From assembly GCA_021740045.1 (NCBI GenBank), contig JAIPAP010000006.1, positions 1 through 56,777 on the forward strand: a stretch of DNA of 56,777 nucleotides. The letters are read 5' to 3'. The first letter of the stretch is position 1; every line of letters begins with the position of its first letter. The stretch comes from Bacteroidales bacterium. GTDB lineage: Bacteria > Bacteroidota > Bacteroidia > Bacteroidales > JAIPAP01. Shown here piece by piece: positions 47,626-56,777 of the stretch. The notes under the pieces were generated by a model that saw only the letters and a program-made list of their open reading frames with translations, made no database searches and was not told the origin of the DNA. The translations under genes and the position numbers were made by a program.

Positions 47626-49047
47626 TTAACACACTCGTCCCAGTTTGAGCATATTGGTTTGTCCTTGTTCTTCTATGGGCGTGCTGGCGATGTTAATGAT
47701 CAAATCGCCTTCTGCAACATGGCCCTCTTTACACAGCCTGTATTTAATATCCTCAATGGTATGGTCGGTGCTGATGAATTTATCATAATAAAACCCTTTA
47801 ACACCCCAAACCAGGTTTAAGGTGCTTAGCAGTCCATGATTATTGGTAAATACATAAATACTGGCTTTAGGGCGCTGGCTGGAAACTTTAATAGCTGAGT
47901 AACCCGAGTGCGTCATTGCCGCTATGGCTTTGGCCTGCACCTGGTGGGCCATTTCGCAGGCTGCATAAAGAATAGAATCTGATATAAAACGCTCTTCGCG
48001 GTGCCTGGGAATATTATGTTTGTAATAAATGTCTTCAAATGATTCCACATGGCTAATGATCTTTTGCATGGTCTCCACCACCTGCACCGGATATTCTCCC
48101 ACACTGGTTTCACCGCTTAGCATCAGGGCATCGGCACCGTCCATAACCGAATTGGCTACATCATTCACTTCGGCACGCGTGGGGCGTATGTTGGTCATCA
48201 TACCTTCCATCATCTGGGTGGCTACAATTATGGGCTTGGATTCCTGCAGGCATTTTTTGATCAATTGCTTTTGAATAAGCGGAACTTGCTGCAAGGGAAT
48301 TTCAACACCCAAGTCGCCACGGGCAACCATTAAACCGTCGGCTTCCTTAATGATATTATCGATATCGTCAAGCGCTTCGGGCTTTTCAATTTTAGCCATA
48401 ATCCAGGGTTTCTGATTAACATGATACTGGGCTATCCGGTGGCGCAACTCGATTAAATCGGTAGCTGAACGAACAAACGAAAGACCAATCCATTGCACCC
48501 GTTGGTTGACAATAAATTCTACATCTTTAAGGTCTTTTTCCGTAAGACTTGGCAGGGAAAGGCTGGTGTTGGGGAGATTCACCCCTTTTTTCGACGACAA
48601 AACCCCGCCTTGTTCAATACGCGCTTTTACCAGGTTGACCTTATCAGTGGAAAGTACTTTCAACAGCATTTTGCCATCATCAAGCAGGACATCCTCACCG
48701 GGGTTTACATCTTTGGCAAAAGATTCGTAATTGATGGAGATCTTTTTTTCATCACCGGTAAGCTCCTCGGTGGTAATATCTATTTCATTGCCTTTTGTTA
48801 AAAAAATGCGGTTGTTTTTTACCTGCCCGATCCTGATCTTTGGCCCCTGAAGATCAGCCAGAACAGGGATATGTGTTTTGAGTTCCTTGTTAACACAGTG
48901 AATGCTCTCAATGTTTTGGGCATGTTGTTCGTACGATCCATGCGAAAAGTTGATACGGAAAACATCGGTCCCTGCCTTTACCATCTCCCTTATTAATTCT
49001 TTTGATGACGAAGCCGGTCCCAGCGTTGCAACGATTTTGGTTTTCAT
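47626..49047 (-). CDS. pyk: Pyruvate kinase
   Basis: TKIVATLGPAS, RINFSHG, DLQGPKIR, AKIEK, MVARGDLG, MLSGET. Confidence 0.98.
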   Translation of the reverse strand: MKTKIVATLGPASSSKELIREMVKAGTDVFRINFSHGSYEQHAQNIESIHCVNKELKTHIPVLADLQGPKIRIGQVKNNRIFLTKGNEIDITTEELTGDEKKISINYESFAKDVNPGEDVLLDDGKMLLKVLSTDKVNLVKARIEQGGVLSSKKGVNLPNTSLSLPSLTEKDLKDVEFIVNQRVQWIGLSFVRSATDLIELRHRIAQYHVNQKPWIMAKIEKPEALDDIDNIIKEADGLMVARGDLGVEIPLQQVPLIQKQLIKKCLQESKPIIVATQMMEGMMTNIRPTRAEVNDVANSVMDGADALMLSGETSVGEYPVQVVETMQKIISHVESFEDIYYKHNIPRHREERFISDSILYAACEMAHQVQAKAIAAMTHSGYSAIKVSSQRPKASIYVFTNNHGLLSTLNLVWGVKGFYYDKFISTDHTIEDIKYRLCKEGHVAEGDLIINIASTPIEEQGQTNMLKLGRVC

Positions 49048-49152
49048 AATGCTTTATTTTCTCCCCAATTATCCTGACACAAAAATAGTACTCCTCAACA
49101 AAGATAATCAGGCCTTGCTCCAATTTAACATAAGTATAAACAATAGCTTAAC

Positions 49153-49614
49153 TTAATTGATCAATTTGTTGTTAATCAGATGCATTTCGATGTCAGCGAT
49201 GATATGATTGATATTTTTTACCTTATCAAAAGGGATCTCGCTAGCCGTAAGGACATGCTGGATGCTCCTGATAGCTTTTAGGGAGGTTTCTATTTCATGA
49301 TCCTCGGAAGGACCGTTTACAAAGATGATGTAATCATATTGCCATAGCGAAACGATCAATCGCCCATAGGCATTAAAGTTTCCTATCATGGAATAAACAA
49401 ACCAGGCATCGGGCGTCCGGTAATGATAAAAGGAATAATTCAGGGCCGGCTGATTAGCTGATTGTTGAAAAAGAAAGTCGGTAGTTTTTCGAAGGTCGAA
49501 TTCGAGTACTTTGTTTAAGAAAAAGGCAATGCGGTAATCCTTAAGGTGGGATGAAACTCCCAGGATGCGGTAATCTTCCGAATAATCAACTTCCAGTTTT
49601 AATTTCTTGGCCAT
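49153..49614 (-). CDS. Conserved Bacteroidota protein (IPExxxVDY-like family)
   Basis: LGVSSHLKDYRIAFFLNKVL motif; lies between rnc and pyk as is usual in this phylum. Start moved to ATG 49614. Confidence 0.7.
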   Translation of the reverse strand: MAKKLKLEVDYSEDYRILGVSSHLKDYRIAFFLNKVLEFDLRKTTDFLFQQSANQPALNYSFYHYRTPDAWFVYSMIGNFNAYGRLIVSLWQYDYIIFVNGPSEDHEIETSLKAIRSIQHVLTASEIPFDKVKNINHIIADIEMHLINNKLIN

Positions 49615-49672
49615 ACCTCGCAATCACTTTATGGCGAAGGTAATGAATTTGCCGGAGGGGGTCATCATTCAA

Positions 49673-50407
49673 TTATTGGTTGCCTATTTCCAATTTTTCA
49701 CAAGCTTTTTCAGCGGCATTTTGTTCGGCTTTTTTAATAGAGAAGTCTTGTCCGCGGCATACCGGGGAGTTATTAATGTATAGTTCCACCACATATTGCT
49801 TTTTAAAACCTGAACCTACCTCTTTGATCACCTTGAATTCAACCTCTTTTTTCTCCCTTTGACTCCATTCGATCAGTTTACTTTTAAAATTGAAGTCTTT
49901 ATTGATCAGCTCATCAATGTTAAAGTGAAGCTGGAGAATTTGGTTAACAATGACCTTTTGGGCAAACTCATAGCCTTTGTCGAGGTATAGAGCGCCTATA
50001 AATGCTTCGAAGGCATCGCCTTCCATGTAGCGATTTACAATATGATTATCATTACCGGCTTCAATAAACTGATCGAAACCTAAGCGGCGGGCCAGGTTAT
50101 TCAATTGGGCACGGCTCACGATCTTAGCCCTGGTTTGGGTTAAAAAGCCTTCATCTTCGAATGGATAGCGGCGAAAAAGATAATCGGCAATAACGGCACT
50201 CAGTACAGCATCGCCCAGGTACTCAAGACGTTCATTGCTAATACGTACTCCGTTATATAATTCCTGGGCTGCTGACTTGTGCCTGAATGCGAGCTTATAC
50301 AAAAAAATATTTCCGGGGTAATACCCAAAAATATTTTTTATAGCATTATAAAGGCTCTTATGGTTTGAAAAATATGCTTTTAGTGGTTTTATTCCTGCAA
50401 TACCCAA
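49673..50407 (-). CDS. rnc: Ribonuclease III
   Basis: NERLEYLGDAVL, DAFEAFIGALYLD, C-terminal dsRBD. Confidence 0.97.
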   Translation of the reverse strand: MGIAGIKPLKAYFSNHKSLYNAIKNIFGYYPGNIFLYKLAFRHKSAAQELYNGVRISNERLEYLGDAVLSAVIADYLFRRYPFEDEGFLTQTRAKIVSRAQLNNLARRLGFDQFIEAGNDNHIVNRYMEGDAFEAFIGALYLDKGYEFAQKVIVNQILQLHFNIDELINKDFNFKSKLIEWSQREKKEVEFKVIKEVGSGFKKQYVVELYINNSPVCRGQDFSIKKAEQNAAEKACEKLEIGNQ

Positions 50408-50409
50408 GA

Positions 50410-51663
50410 TTACGCTTTATATTTTTTAAAGATAATGGAGGCGTTATGTCCACCAAACCCGAAAGTATTTGTTAATGCAGTATTGATCGTGCGTTCAACG
50501 GCATTATAAAATGTAAAATTCAACTTATTATCGATTTCCGGATCATCGGTAAAGTGGTTGATGGTAGGCGGAACAACATCATTGGTCACAGCTAGAATGG
50601 TGGCAATAGCTTCTGCTGAGCCGGCTGCACCAAGCAAATGGCCGGTCATCGATTTGGTTGAATTGATATTGATGGTGTACGCATGATCTTTAAAAAGCTC
50701 AACTATGGCTTTGGGTTCAGCAATATCGCCTAAGGGTGTTGATGTGCCGTGGGTATTGATGTGATCAATATCCTCGGGATTCAGACCTGCATCTTTCAAG
50801 GCCGAACGCATCGACAATACAGCGCCTTTCCCCTCGGGGTGGGGTGAGGTCATATGATAGGCATCGGCCGACAGACCACCGCCTGCGACTTCGGCATAGA
50901 TTGTGGCCCCACGCTTTTTGGCATGTTCCAGCTCTTCAAAAACTACAGCACCAGCTCCTTCTCCGAGCACAAAACCGTCACGATCTTTATCAAAAGGCCT
51001 GGATGCCGTTTTCGGGTCATCGTTACGGGTTGATATTGCATGCATGGCATTAAAACCTCCGATACCAGCTTCATTTACGGCTGCCTCCGAACCCCCGCTT
51101 ACGAAAATGTCGCCTTTCCCTAAACGGATGAGGTTGAAGGCATCAACCAGTGAATTCGCTGCTGAAGAGCAAGCCGATACCGTTGCATAATTGGGACCCA
51201 TAAATCCGTGCTTGATAGATATGTGACCCGCTGTGATATCGGCAATCATTTTTGGGATGAAAAATGGATTAAACCGGGGTGTGCCATCGCCATTGGCGTA
51301 TGATACCACCTCGTCAAAAAAGGTTTTTAATCCACCTATCCCCGAGGCCCAGATCACGCCGGCGCGCTCGGGATCAATGGAATTGATATCGATCCCTGCA
51401 TTGGCGATGGCTTCATCAGCTGATACCATACCGAATTGCGCATAGCGGTCATATTTCCGGGCTTCTTTTCGGTCAAAATAAGCCTTCGGATCGAAATTCT
51501 TTACCTCGCAGGCAAATTGGGTCTTGAACTTTGATGTGTCAAAAAGGGTAATTTTGTCACAACCATTGGCGCCCTTTACCAGACCTTCCCAATATTCGTT
51601 AACATTATTACCTAATGGTGTAACAGCACCAAGTCCTGTAACAACAACTCGTTTTAAACTCAT
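50410..51663 (-). CDS. fabF: Beta-ketoacyl-ACP synthase II
   Basis: VVVTGLG, SACSS, HGTSTPLGD, KSMTGHLLGAAG, FGFGGHN. Confidence 0.97.
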   Translation of the reverse strand: MSLKRVVVTGLGAVTPLGNNVNEYWEGLVKGANGCDKITLFDTSKFKTQFACEVKNFDPKAYFDRKEARKYDRYAQFGMVSADEAIANAGIDINSIDPERAGVIWASGIGGLKTFFDEVVSYANGDGTPRFNPFFIPKMIADITAGHISIKHGFMGPNYATVSACSSAANSLVDAFNLIRLGKGDIFVSGGSEAAVNEAGIGGFNAMHAISTRNDDPKTASRPFDKDRDGFVLGEGAGAVVFEELEHAKKRGATIYAEVAGGGLSADAYHMTSPHPEGKGAVLSMRSALKDAGLNPEDIDHINTHGTSTPLGDIAEPKAIVELFKDHAYTININSTKSMTGHLLGAAGSAEAIATILAVTNDVVPPTINHFTDDPEIDNKLNFTFYNAVERTINTALTNTFGFGGHNASIIFKKYKA

Positions 51664-51680
51664 CGAGTTTCCGTGGTTTT

Positions 51681-51917
51681 TTATTTGGTGTTGTTTTTAA
51701 TGTATTCGATAGCTTCTCCTACAGTACTGATTTTTTCAGCTTGATCATCGGGGATTGCAATGTTGAAATCCTTTTCAAATTCCATGATCATCTCAACGGT
51801 GTCAAGAGAATCTGCTCCTAAATCATTGGTAAAGCTTGCTTCCGGCTTTACTTCGCTTTCATCTACTCCAAGTTTATCTACGATAATCGCTTTTACTCTT
51901 TCTTCAATATCTGCCAT
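51681..51917 (-). CDS. acpP: Acyl carrier protein
   Basis: [11 protein letters not shown]. Confidence 0.98.
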   Translation of the reverse strand: MADIEERVKAIIVDKLGVDESEVKPEASFTNDLGADSLDTVEMIMEFEKDFNIAIPDDQAEKISTVGEAIEYIKNNTK

Positions 51918-52205
51918 GATTCAATGGTTTTTGGTTAAACAGGGTGCAAAGAAATAACATTAAAAAATTAAAAACAAAAAAAACTATTAATTTTTGGGTC
52001 CCCCTCCTATAACAAACATAAATACAGCGCGTTAAATGATTATTTGTACAGGAAAACCGGTAAAATTCCAGCCTTGGAAACTTCACATTTTCAAACGGTT
52101 GAGATTTCGTAGTATTGTAGGAAATTTAAACTTTTGATAAAACGTTTAAAAGCCTTGAAAATGGCGTAAATGCCTATTTTTGTATTCATAATGAAAACAA
52201 CACGT

Positions 52206-52787
52206 ATGATCAACATCGCCATATTTGCATCGGGCAACGGAACAAATACTGAACAGATTATTCGGTATTTCCGGGAGCATAATGAAATTCATGTAAACTT
52301 TGTTTTAAGTAATAAACCAAGGGCTTATGTGCTAGAACGGGCCCGCCGGCTGGGTGTCGACACCTTTGTATTCGATCGTCGTCAGTTTTATTATACCAAT
52401 GAGGTAATTAATGCGCTTGCCGGTCATACTATCGATTTTATTGTTTTGGCCGGTTTTTTATGGCTGATTCCCGGAGAATTGATCAAGGCCTATAAGAACC
52501 GGATGCTTAATATTCATCCGGCGCTATTGCCAAAATACGGCGGCAAGGGGATGTATGGAAAAAAAGTGCATGAAGCCGTAAAAAATTCCGGTGATACGGA
52601 AACCGGTATAAGCATACATTATGTTAATGAAAAATATGACGAAGGCCAGGTGATTTTCCAAGCCCGGTGCCCGGTTCAACCTGATGATACCCCTGATGAT
52701 ATTGCCGCGAAAGTCCATCAATTGGAATACGAATATTACCCAAAGGTGATAGAGCGGGAGGTGAAAAAAATAAAAGACCGTCACTGA
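52206..52787 (+). CDS. purN: Phosphoribosylglycinamide formyltransferase
   Basis: IAIFASGNGTN, VLAGF, NIHPALLP, YDEG. Promoter TATTTTTG at 52175-52182 favours a start at 52191 or 52206. Confidence 0.95.
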   Translation: MINIAIFASGNGTNTEQIIRYFREHNEIHVNFVLSNKPRAYVLERARRLGVDTFVFDRRQFYYTNEVINALAGHTIDFIVLAGFLWLIPGELIKAYKNRMLNIHPALLPKYGGKGMYGKKVHEAVKNSGDTETGISIHYVNEKYDEGQVIFQARCPVQPDDTPDDIAAKVHQLEYEYYPKVIEREVKKIKDRH

Positions 52788-53053
52788 AAAGACGGCCCTT
52801 TACAATTTTTCTAAGCAGCCTCATTTACGATTCGTGCTATTCCTTAATCACCTTCAATGCCTCGTGGGTGGCTTCGATTATACGCTCATTTGATATTTTT
52901 TGCCCACGGCCCGTTTCATCCATAGTTGAGGGACAATCCTTCCCTGGGTGTAAATGCGCCGAACTTCTTCGGCAAAGTTTTTTCCATATTAAGATTGATC
53001 CTAAGCGAGTGCTTTTCGAATAAATCTATATTTGCCAGCAAAATGCAGGATAA

Positions 53054-53857
53054 ATGCAAGCCGTATTCGATCAGATAGCCCAATATTATGATCATGTATT
53101 TTCATTTACCCAAACCGGATGGCTGCAGCGCAAACAGGTGTGGGATTATTTAGAAGCGTTGTTTGACAGCGGAACAGCATTAAAAATACTTGAATTCGGA
53201 GGAGGCACCGGAGAAGATGCCATTTTCCTGGCTCGGAAGGGACACCGGATATTGAGCACGGATGTTTCGGAAGGCATGCTGGATGTTGCCAGACAAAAAC
53301 TGGAAGAAACACAGGGAGATCTGGATATTGAATTTCAACTGGCTGATATCAATCATATAGATACTACGAAGCTACCGAAAGATAATGATTTGATCCTGGT
53401 TAACTTTGGGGTGTTCAATAATGTTTCTCCCGGGGATATGGAAATTTTATCTGATAAGCTAAACCATCTTCTAAAACAAGGAGGGCACCTTATTGCCACG
53501 GTTATGCCACCTTACTGCCTGTGGGAAACCCTGTTTTTTCTGTTGCGACTGGAAATTAGGAAATCGATAAGGCGATGGATTAAAAATCCGGCTTATATCA
53601 ATATTGGCTCCAAGGTTATTCCTACCTGGTACTATACGCCCACGAGGTTTTATATTTATTTTGAACCTCATTTTATAAAGGAAGCTTTAAAACCTGTAGG
53701 TTTTTTCATTCCGCCGTCTTATATGGAACCCTACTTGGGAGAAAGGAAAAAATTTCTTCATAAAATGGAGCTATGCGAAAAACAAATAGGCAATAAGAAA
53801 TGGGCCGCTACCAGGGCTGACTATTACCTGATCCATCTTATCAAAGGAGTAAATTAA
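53054..53857 (+). CDS. Class I SAM-dependent methyltransferase
   Basis: ILEFGGGTGEDA...TDVSEGML; promoter TATATTTG at 53027-53034. Confidence 0.85.
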   Translation: MQAVFDQIAQYYDHVFSFTQTGWLQRKQVWDYLEALFDSGTALKILEFGGGTGEDAIFLARKGHRILSTDVSEGMLDVARQKLEETQGDLDIEFQLADINHIDTTKLPKDNDLILVNFGVFNNVSPGDMEILSDKLNHLLKQGGHLIATVMPPYCLWETLFFLLRLEIRKSIRRWIKNPAYINIGSKVIPTWYYTPTRFYIYFEPHFIKEALKPVGFFIPPSYMEPYLGERKKFLHKMELCEKQIGNKKWAATRADYYLIHLIKGVN

Positions 53858-54651
53858 CCCAGTTGATCTTTGATCGCTTTCAGATAATCGTTAAATGCTT
53901 TCCAGTATCTGTCACTGTACTCATAATCGGGCCACAGGGCCTTGGCGCCGTGCACCCCTTCAAAATCGGTTGGTATATATTGCTGTTTGATTTTTGAGCC
54001 TACATTATTAATCAGCTTATATACATCGTCGGCTTCTTTTTGACTGGAGGTAACAAAAACAGGTTTTTTCAGTTCTGCGATCACCGGTTCCAGCTTGAGC
54101 CAATCGCCAAAATATTCGCCGGGACTAAAGGCTGCCACTGCTTTCACTTCTTCCATTTCGGCGGCGATTTTTAATGCGAGGGAAGCAGAGTAGGAGCTTC
54201 CGACTAAAATAATGGGCGTATCATAATGGCTGCTGATATACTGAACGGCTGCTTTTATATCTTTTTCGGCATCGAGATAGGAAGTTTTATAATTTTTTCG
54301 TTGCGCACGGGCATGGGTTTCATTAATATGTCCTTTCAGGGAACCACCGGAGCGTTGGTCAAGGGCGAGGCATGTAAATCCTTTTTTGACAAGCTTTTGT
54401 GCAATTTTAGCATATTCCATTTTGTTATAACCGGCCTGGTGGCAGAGTATCATCACCGGATTATTCTTACTGTTTTCATATAGGTGTGCTGTAATCAGTA
54501 AGTTATCATTCGACTTGAAAGTTATTCGTTCGGGTGTGATCTCCTTGCTTGTTTTCTCAGGCCTTTCCTGTTCCTGCTTTTTCCTGAAATCACAACTGTG
54601 GATTAAAATAAAAGTGCTCACAAGCAATAACCCCCAAAAATATTGTCGCAT
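53854..54651 (-). CDS. Alpha/beta hydrolase, probable lipoprotein
   Basis: Signal ending IHSC; GSSYSA nucleophile elbow; HG near the C-terminus. Start moved to ATG 54651. Confidence 0.8.
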   Translation of the reverse strand: MRQYFWGLLLVSTFILIHSCDFRKKQEQERPEKTSKEITPERITFKSNDNLLITAHLYENSKNNPVMILCHQAGYNKMEYAKIAQKLVKKGFTCLALDQRSGGSLKGHINETHARAQRKNYKTSYLDAEKDIKAAVQYISSHYDTPIILVGSSYSASLALKIAAEMEEVKAVAAFSPGEYFGDWLKLEPVIAELKKPVFVTSSQKEADDVYKLINNVGSKIKQQYIPTDFEGVHGAKALWPDYEYSDRYWKAFNDYLKAIKDQLG

Positions 54652-54809
54652 AATTTTACCCCTTTCATTATTATTTATTTCCACCCAACCGTTCATGGAT
54701 TTGGAAATGCTTTGGCAATCAGGCTACCTAATATGTACTAAGTGGTATTCATATAACTGATTGCTGATATTCAGGGTGCAATATAGTGAAAATTTGTGAA
54801 AAACAGCTA

Positions 54810-55511
54810 TTAAATCATATTTCTCTTGCTTATTATGGTAAAGAGAGAATCGACAATATCATCCTGCGGAATGGTGCAGCAATTATACATTACATCATAA
54901 ATAGGGGGTTCAACGTCTTCACAACAAAAGCTTTCAATGATCTTTTCGCGTTTGCGGTCAATATCCAGGATGTATTTGATAGCTTCGTCATGCGATATTT
55001 CATGTTTTTTGCTGATGTATTGGGCGCGCCATTCAACCGAGCCTTCAAGCCTGATGTGAAAGGAATTTTTAATATCACGGGTAATTCCTACACCTCCTCT
55101 ACCGACAATGATAATATGACCCTCAATGGCAATGGACTTCACCACTTCGGAAATAGTTCTTTTGATGGTGCGGTCACTTTTATAATATTTGGAATAAAGT
55201 GATGAAAGCACATGATCAATGGCGTTGCGCTCCTTGGCATCCATCACTTCTTTAACACGGTTTGGGTGCAGGTTGAGTTCTTTAGCCGATTGATCGATGA
55301 TCTCTTTATTCAAGTGTTTCCAGGTTTTTTTTCGACCTTTTTCATGGACAACCGCATTTATACGGTCGATCAGCTTTTTGGCGATGTCGTTTCCCGAGCA
55401 CCCCAATTGCCTCGAAATGGTAATGACCGGTCCGGGCGGTCCCGGTTTCGGTTTAGGCGCTTCTTGCTCGTTAAAACGCTCCATCATGTATTTAAGCAAA
55501 AGATCGGTCAT
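54810..55511 (-). CDS. Cytidylate kinase-like family protein
   Basis: VITISRQLGCSG, IIVGRGG, IDRKR. Start at ATG 55511 after AAGGAGGT. Confidence 0.85.
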   Translation of the reverse strand: MTDLLLKYMMERFNEQEAPKPKPGPPGPVITISRQLGCSGNDIAKKLIDRINAVVHEKGRKKTWKHLNKEIIDQSAKELNLHPNRVKEVMDAKERNAIDHVLSSLYSKYYKSDRTIKRTISEVVKSIAIEGHIIIVGRGGVGITRDIKNSFHIRLEGSVEWRAQYISKKHEISHDEAIKYILDIDRKREKIIESFCCEDVEPPIYDVMYNCCTIPQDDIVDSLFTIISKRNMI

Positions 55512-55600
55512 TGGCACCTCCTTTTTAAAAATCTGCCTCAAACAAGGTTTTGAACCCGTTAGTTTGAGGCAGATTTATAAAAATAAAATTAATACCAAAT

Positions 55601-56777
55601 TTATTGAATTCCAAGTCTTTTTTTCAAAGATTCGGTTTGTTTTTCAAACCCTGGTTTACCAAGCAAGGCAAACATATTTTTCTTATAAGCTTCCACCCCG
55701 GGTTGATTAAAGGGGTTAACCTCGAGTATATATCCACTAATTGCACAGGCCATTTCGTAGAAATAAATCAACTGACCGAGTGTTTCTTCGGTGAGCCTTG
55801 GAATGATGATTCGTATATTGGGCACTTCTCCATCGATATGAGCCAGCATAGTGCCCTCTTCGGCCATTTTATTTACGTGCTGTATTTTTTTTCCGGCCAG
55901 GTAATTCAGGCCATCAAGGTTATCTTTGTCCTTAGGGATTTTCAGATTTTTACGGGTTTCATCAACGGTAAGCACCGTTTCAAAAAGCAACCGCAATCCG
56001 TCCTGTATATATTGCCCCATGGAGTGTAAATCGGTGGTATTGTTTACCCCGGCGGGAAAAATCCCCTTATGGTCTTTGCCTTCACTTTCACCGTATAGTT
56101 GTTTCCACCATTCGGTGAAGTAAAACAGGCTTGGGATATAATTCACCATAACCTCTATGGGCTTTCCTTTGCGATAAATGGCATTGCGAATTGCAGCATA
56201 AAGTGCCGCCGGGTTTTTGTTGATCTCCGGGGTGGAAGCAAGGTGTTGTTGCATTTCAACCGCTCCTCCTATCAGCTTACGAATATCGAAACCGGCTATG
56301 GCTATAGGCACCAGTCCAACGGGTGTTAATACCGAATATCTTCCGCCCACATCATCGGGAACAATATAACTCTGGTATCCTTCATCATCGGCCAGCTTTC
56401 TCAAGGCTCCCTTCGATTTGTCGGTAATGGCAATGATGCGGTTTTTAGCCTCCTCCTTGCCGTATTTATCTTCCAGGTGGTTACGGAGGATTCGAAAAGC
56501 TATTGCCGGTTCGGTGGTGGTACCCGATTTGGAGATCACTGTTAAGGAATAATCCTTATCATTAAGCACTTCCAGTAAATCGGCCAAATAATCTTCGCTG
56601 ATATTGTTACCGGCAAATATCACATAGGGTGCTTTACGGTCTTCCTTTTTGAGAAACTCGCTAAAGGAATGTTGCAACGCCTCGATTACCGCACGTGCTC
56701 CCAGGTATGAGCCACCTATCCCGATAACTACATGTATTTCGGAATTTTCCGCAATGTTTCTTGCGGTTTCTTCTATG
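55601..56777 (-). CDS. pgi: Glucose-6-phosphate isomerase (5' end outside the window)
   Basis: [11 protein letters not shown] upstream of the tracked ORF start, [35 protein letters not shown]. Confidence 0.97.
   Translation of the reverse strand, partial: IEETARNIAENSEIHVVIGIGGSYLGARAVIEALQHSFSEFLKKEDRKAPYVIFAGNNISEDYLADLLEVLNDKDYSLTVISKSGTTTEPAIAFRILRNHLEDKYGKEEAKNRIIAITDKSKGALRKLADDEGYQSYIVPDDVGGRYSVLTPVGLVPIAIAGFDIRKLIGGAVEMQQHLASTPEINKNPAALYAAIRNAIYRKGKPIEVMVNYIPSLFYFTEWWKQLYGESEGKDHKGIFPAGVNNTTDLHSMGQYIQDGLRLLFETVLTVDETRKNLKIPKDKDNLDGLNYLAGKKIQHVNKMAEEGTMLAHIDGEVPNIRIIIPRLTEETLGQLIYFYEMACAISGYILEVNPFNQPGVEAYKKNMFALLGKPGFEKQTESLKKRLGIQ

Noticed and set aside
52836-52988. Small minus-strand ORF or ncRNA after purN
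   Set aside because: Only short frames (e.g. MDETGRGQKISNERIIEATHEALKVIKE) with no motif I can recognise. It may be a gene remnant but cannot be supported.

Overview
Bacteroidota (probably Bacteroidales) chromosomal window, judged from TAnnTTTG promoters, T9SS C-terminal domains and the purN/acpP-fabF-rnc-pyk gene order. Housekeeping flanks: uspA-like, yraN, LD-carboxypeptidase, metG and lipA on the left; SNF2, pyk, rnc, fabF, acpP, purN and pgi on the right. They enclose an accessory zone of about 35 kb. Main points of interest: (1) a tRNA-Arg(CCT) flanked by a 5'-half copy and a 3'-half copy of itself, each interrupted by a CCTGCC...GGCAGG palindrome, with a small GIY-YIG gene whose stop codon lies inside the intact tRNA; (2) an XcyI-like type II R-M operon with an HTH regulator; (3) a cluster of secreted modular paralogues that shuffle two unnamed domains, plus a fibre/propeller/T9SS-anchor operon; (4) a gene with four FISUMP (CLec-type) domains whose last copy looks like a DGR variable region, followed by a GC palindrome and a frameshifted remnant resembling the MutS-like DGR accessory gene, with no template repeat or DGR RT in the window; (5) four copies of a 104-105 nt REP-related hairpin element, one of which is split by a complete class-D-like group II intron whose EBS1/EBS2 match the insertion site. 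All family assignments come from motif recognition by eye; no database search was run.
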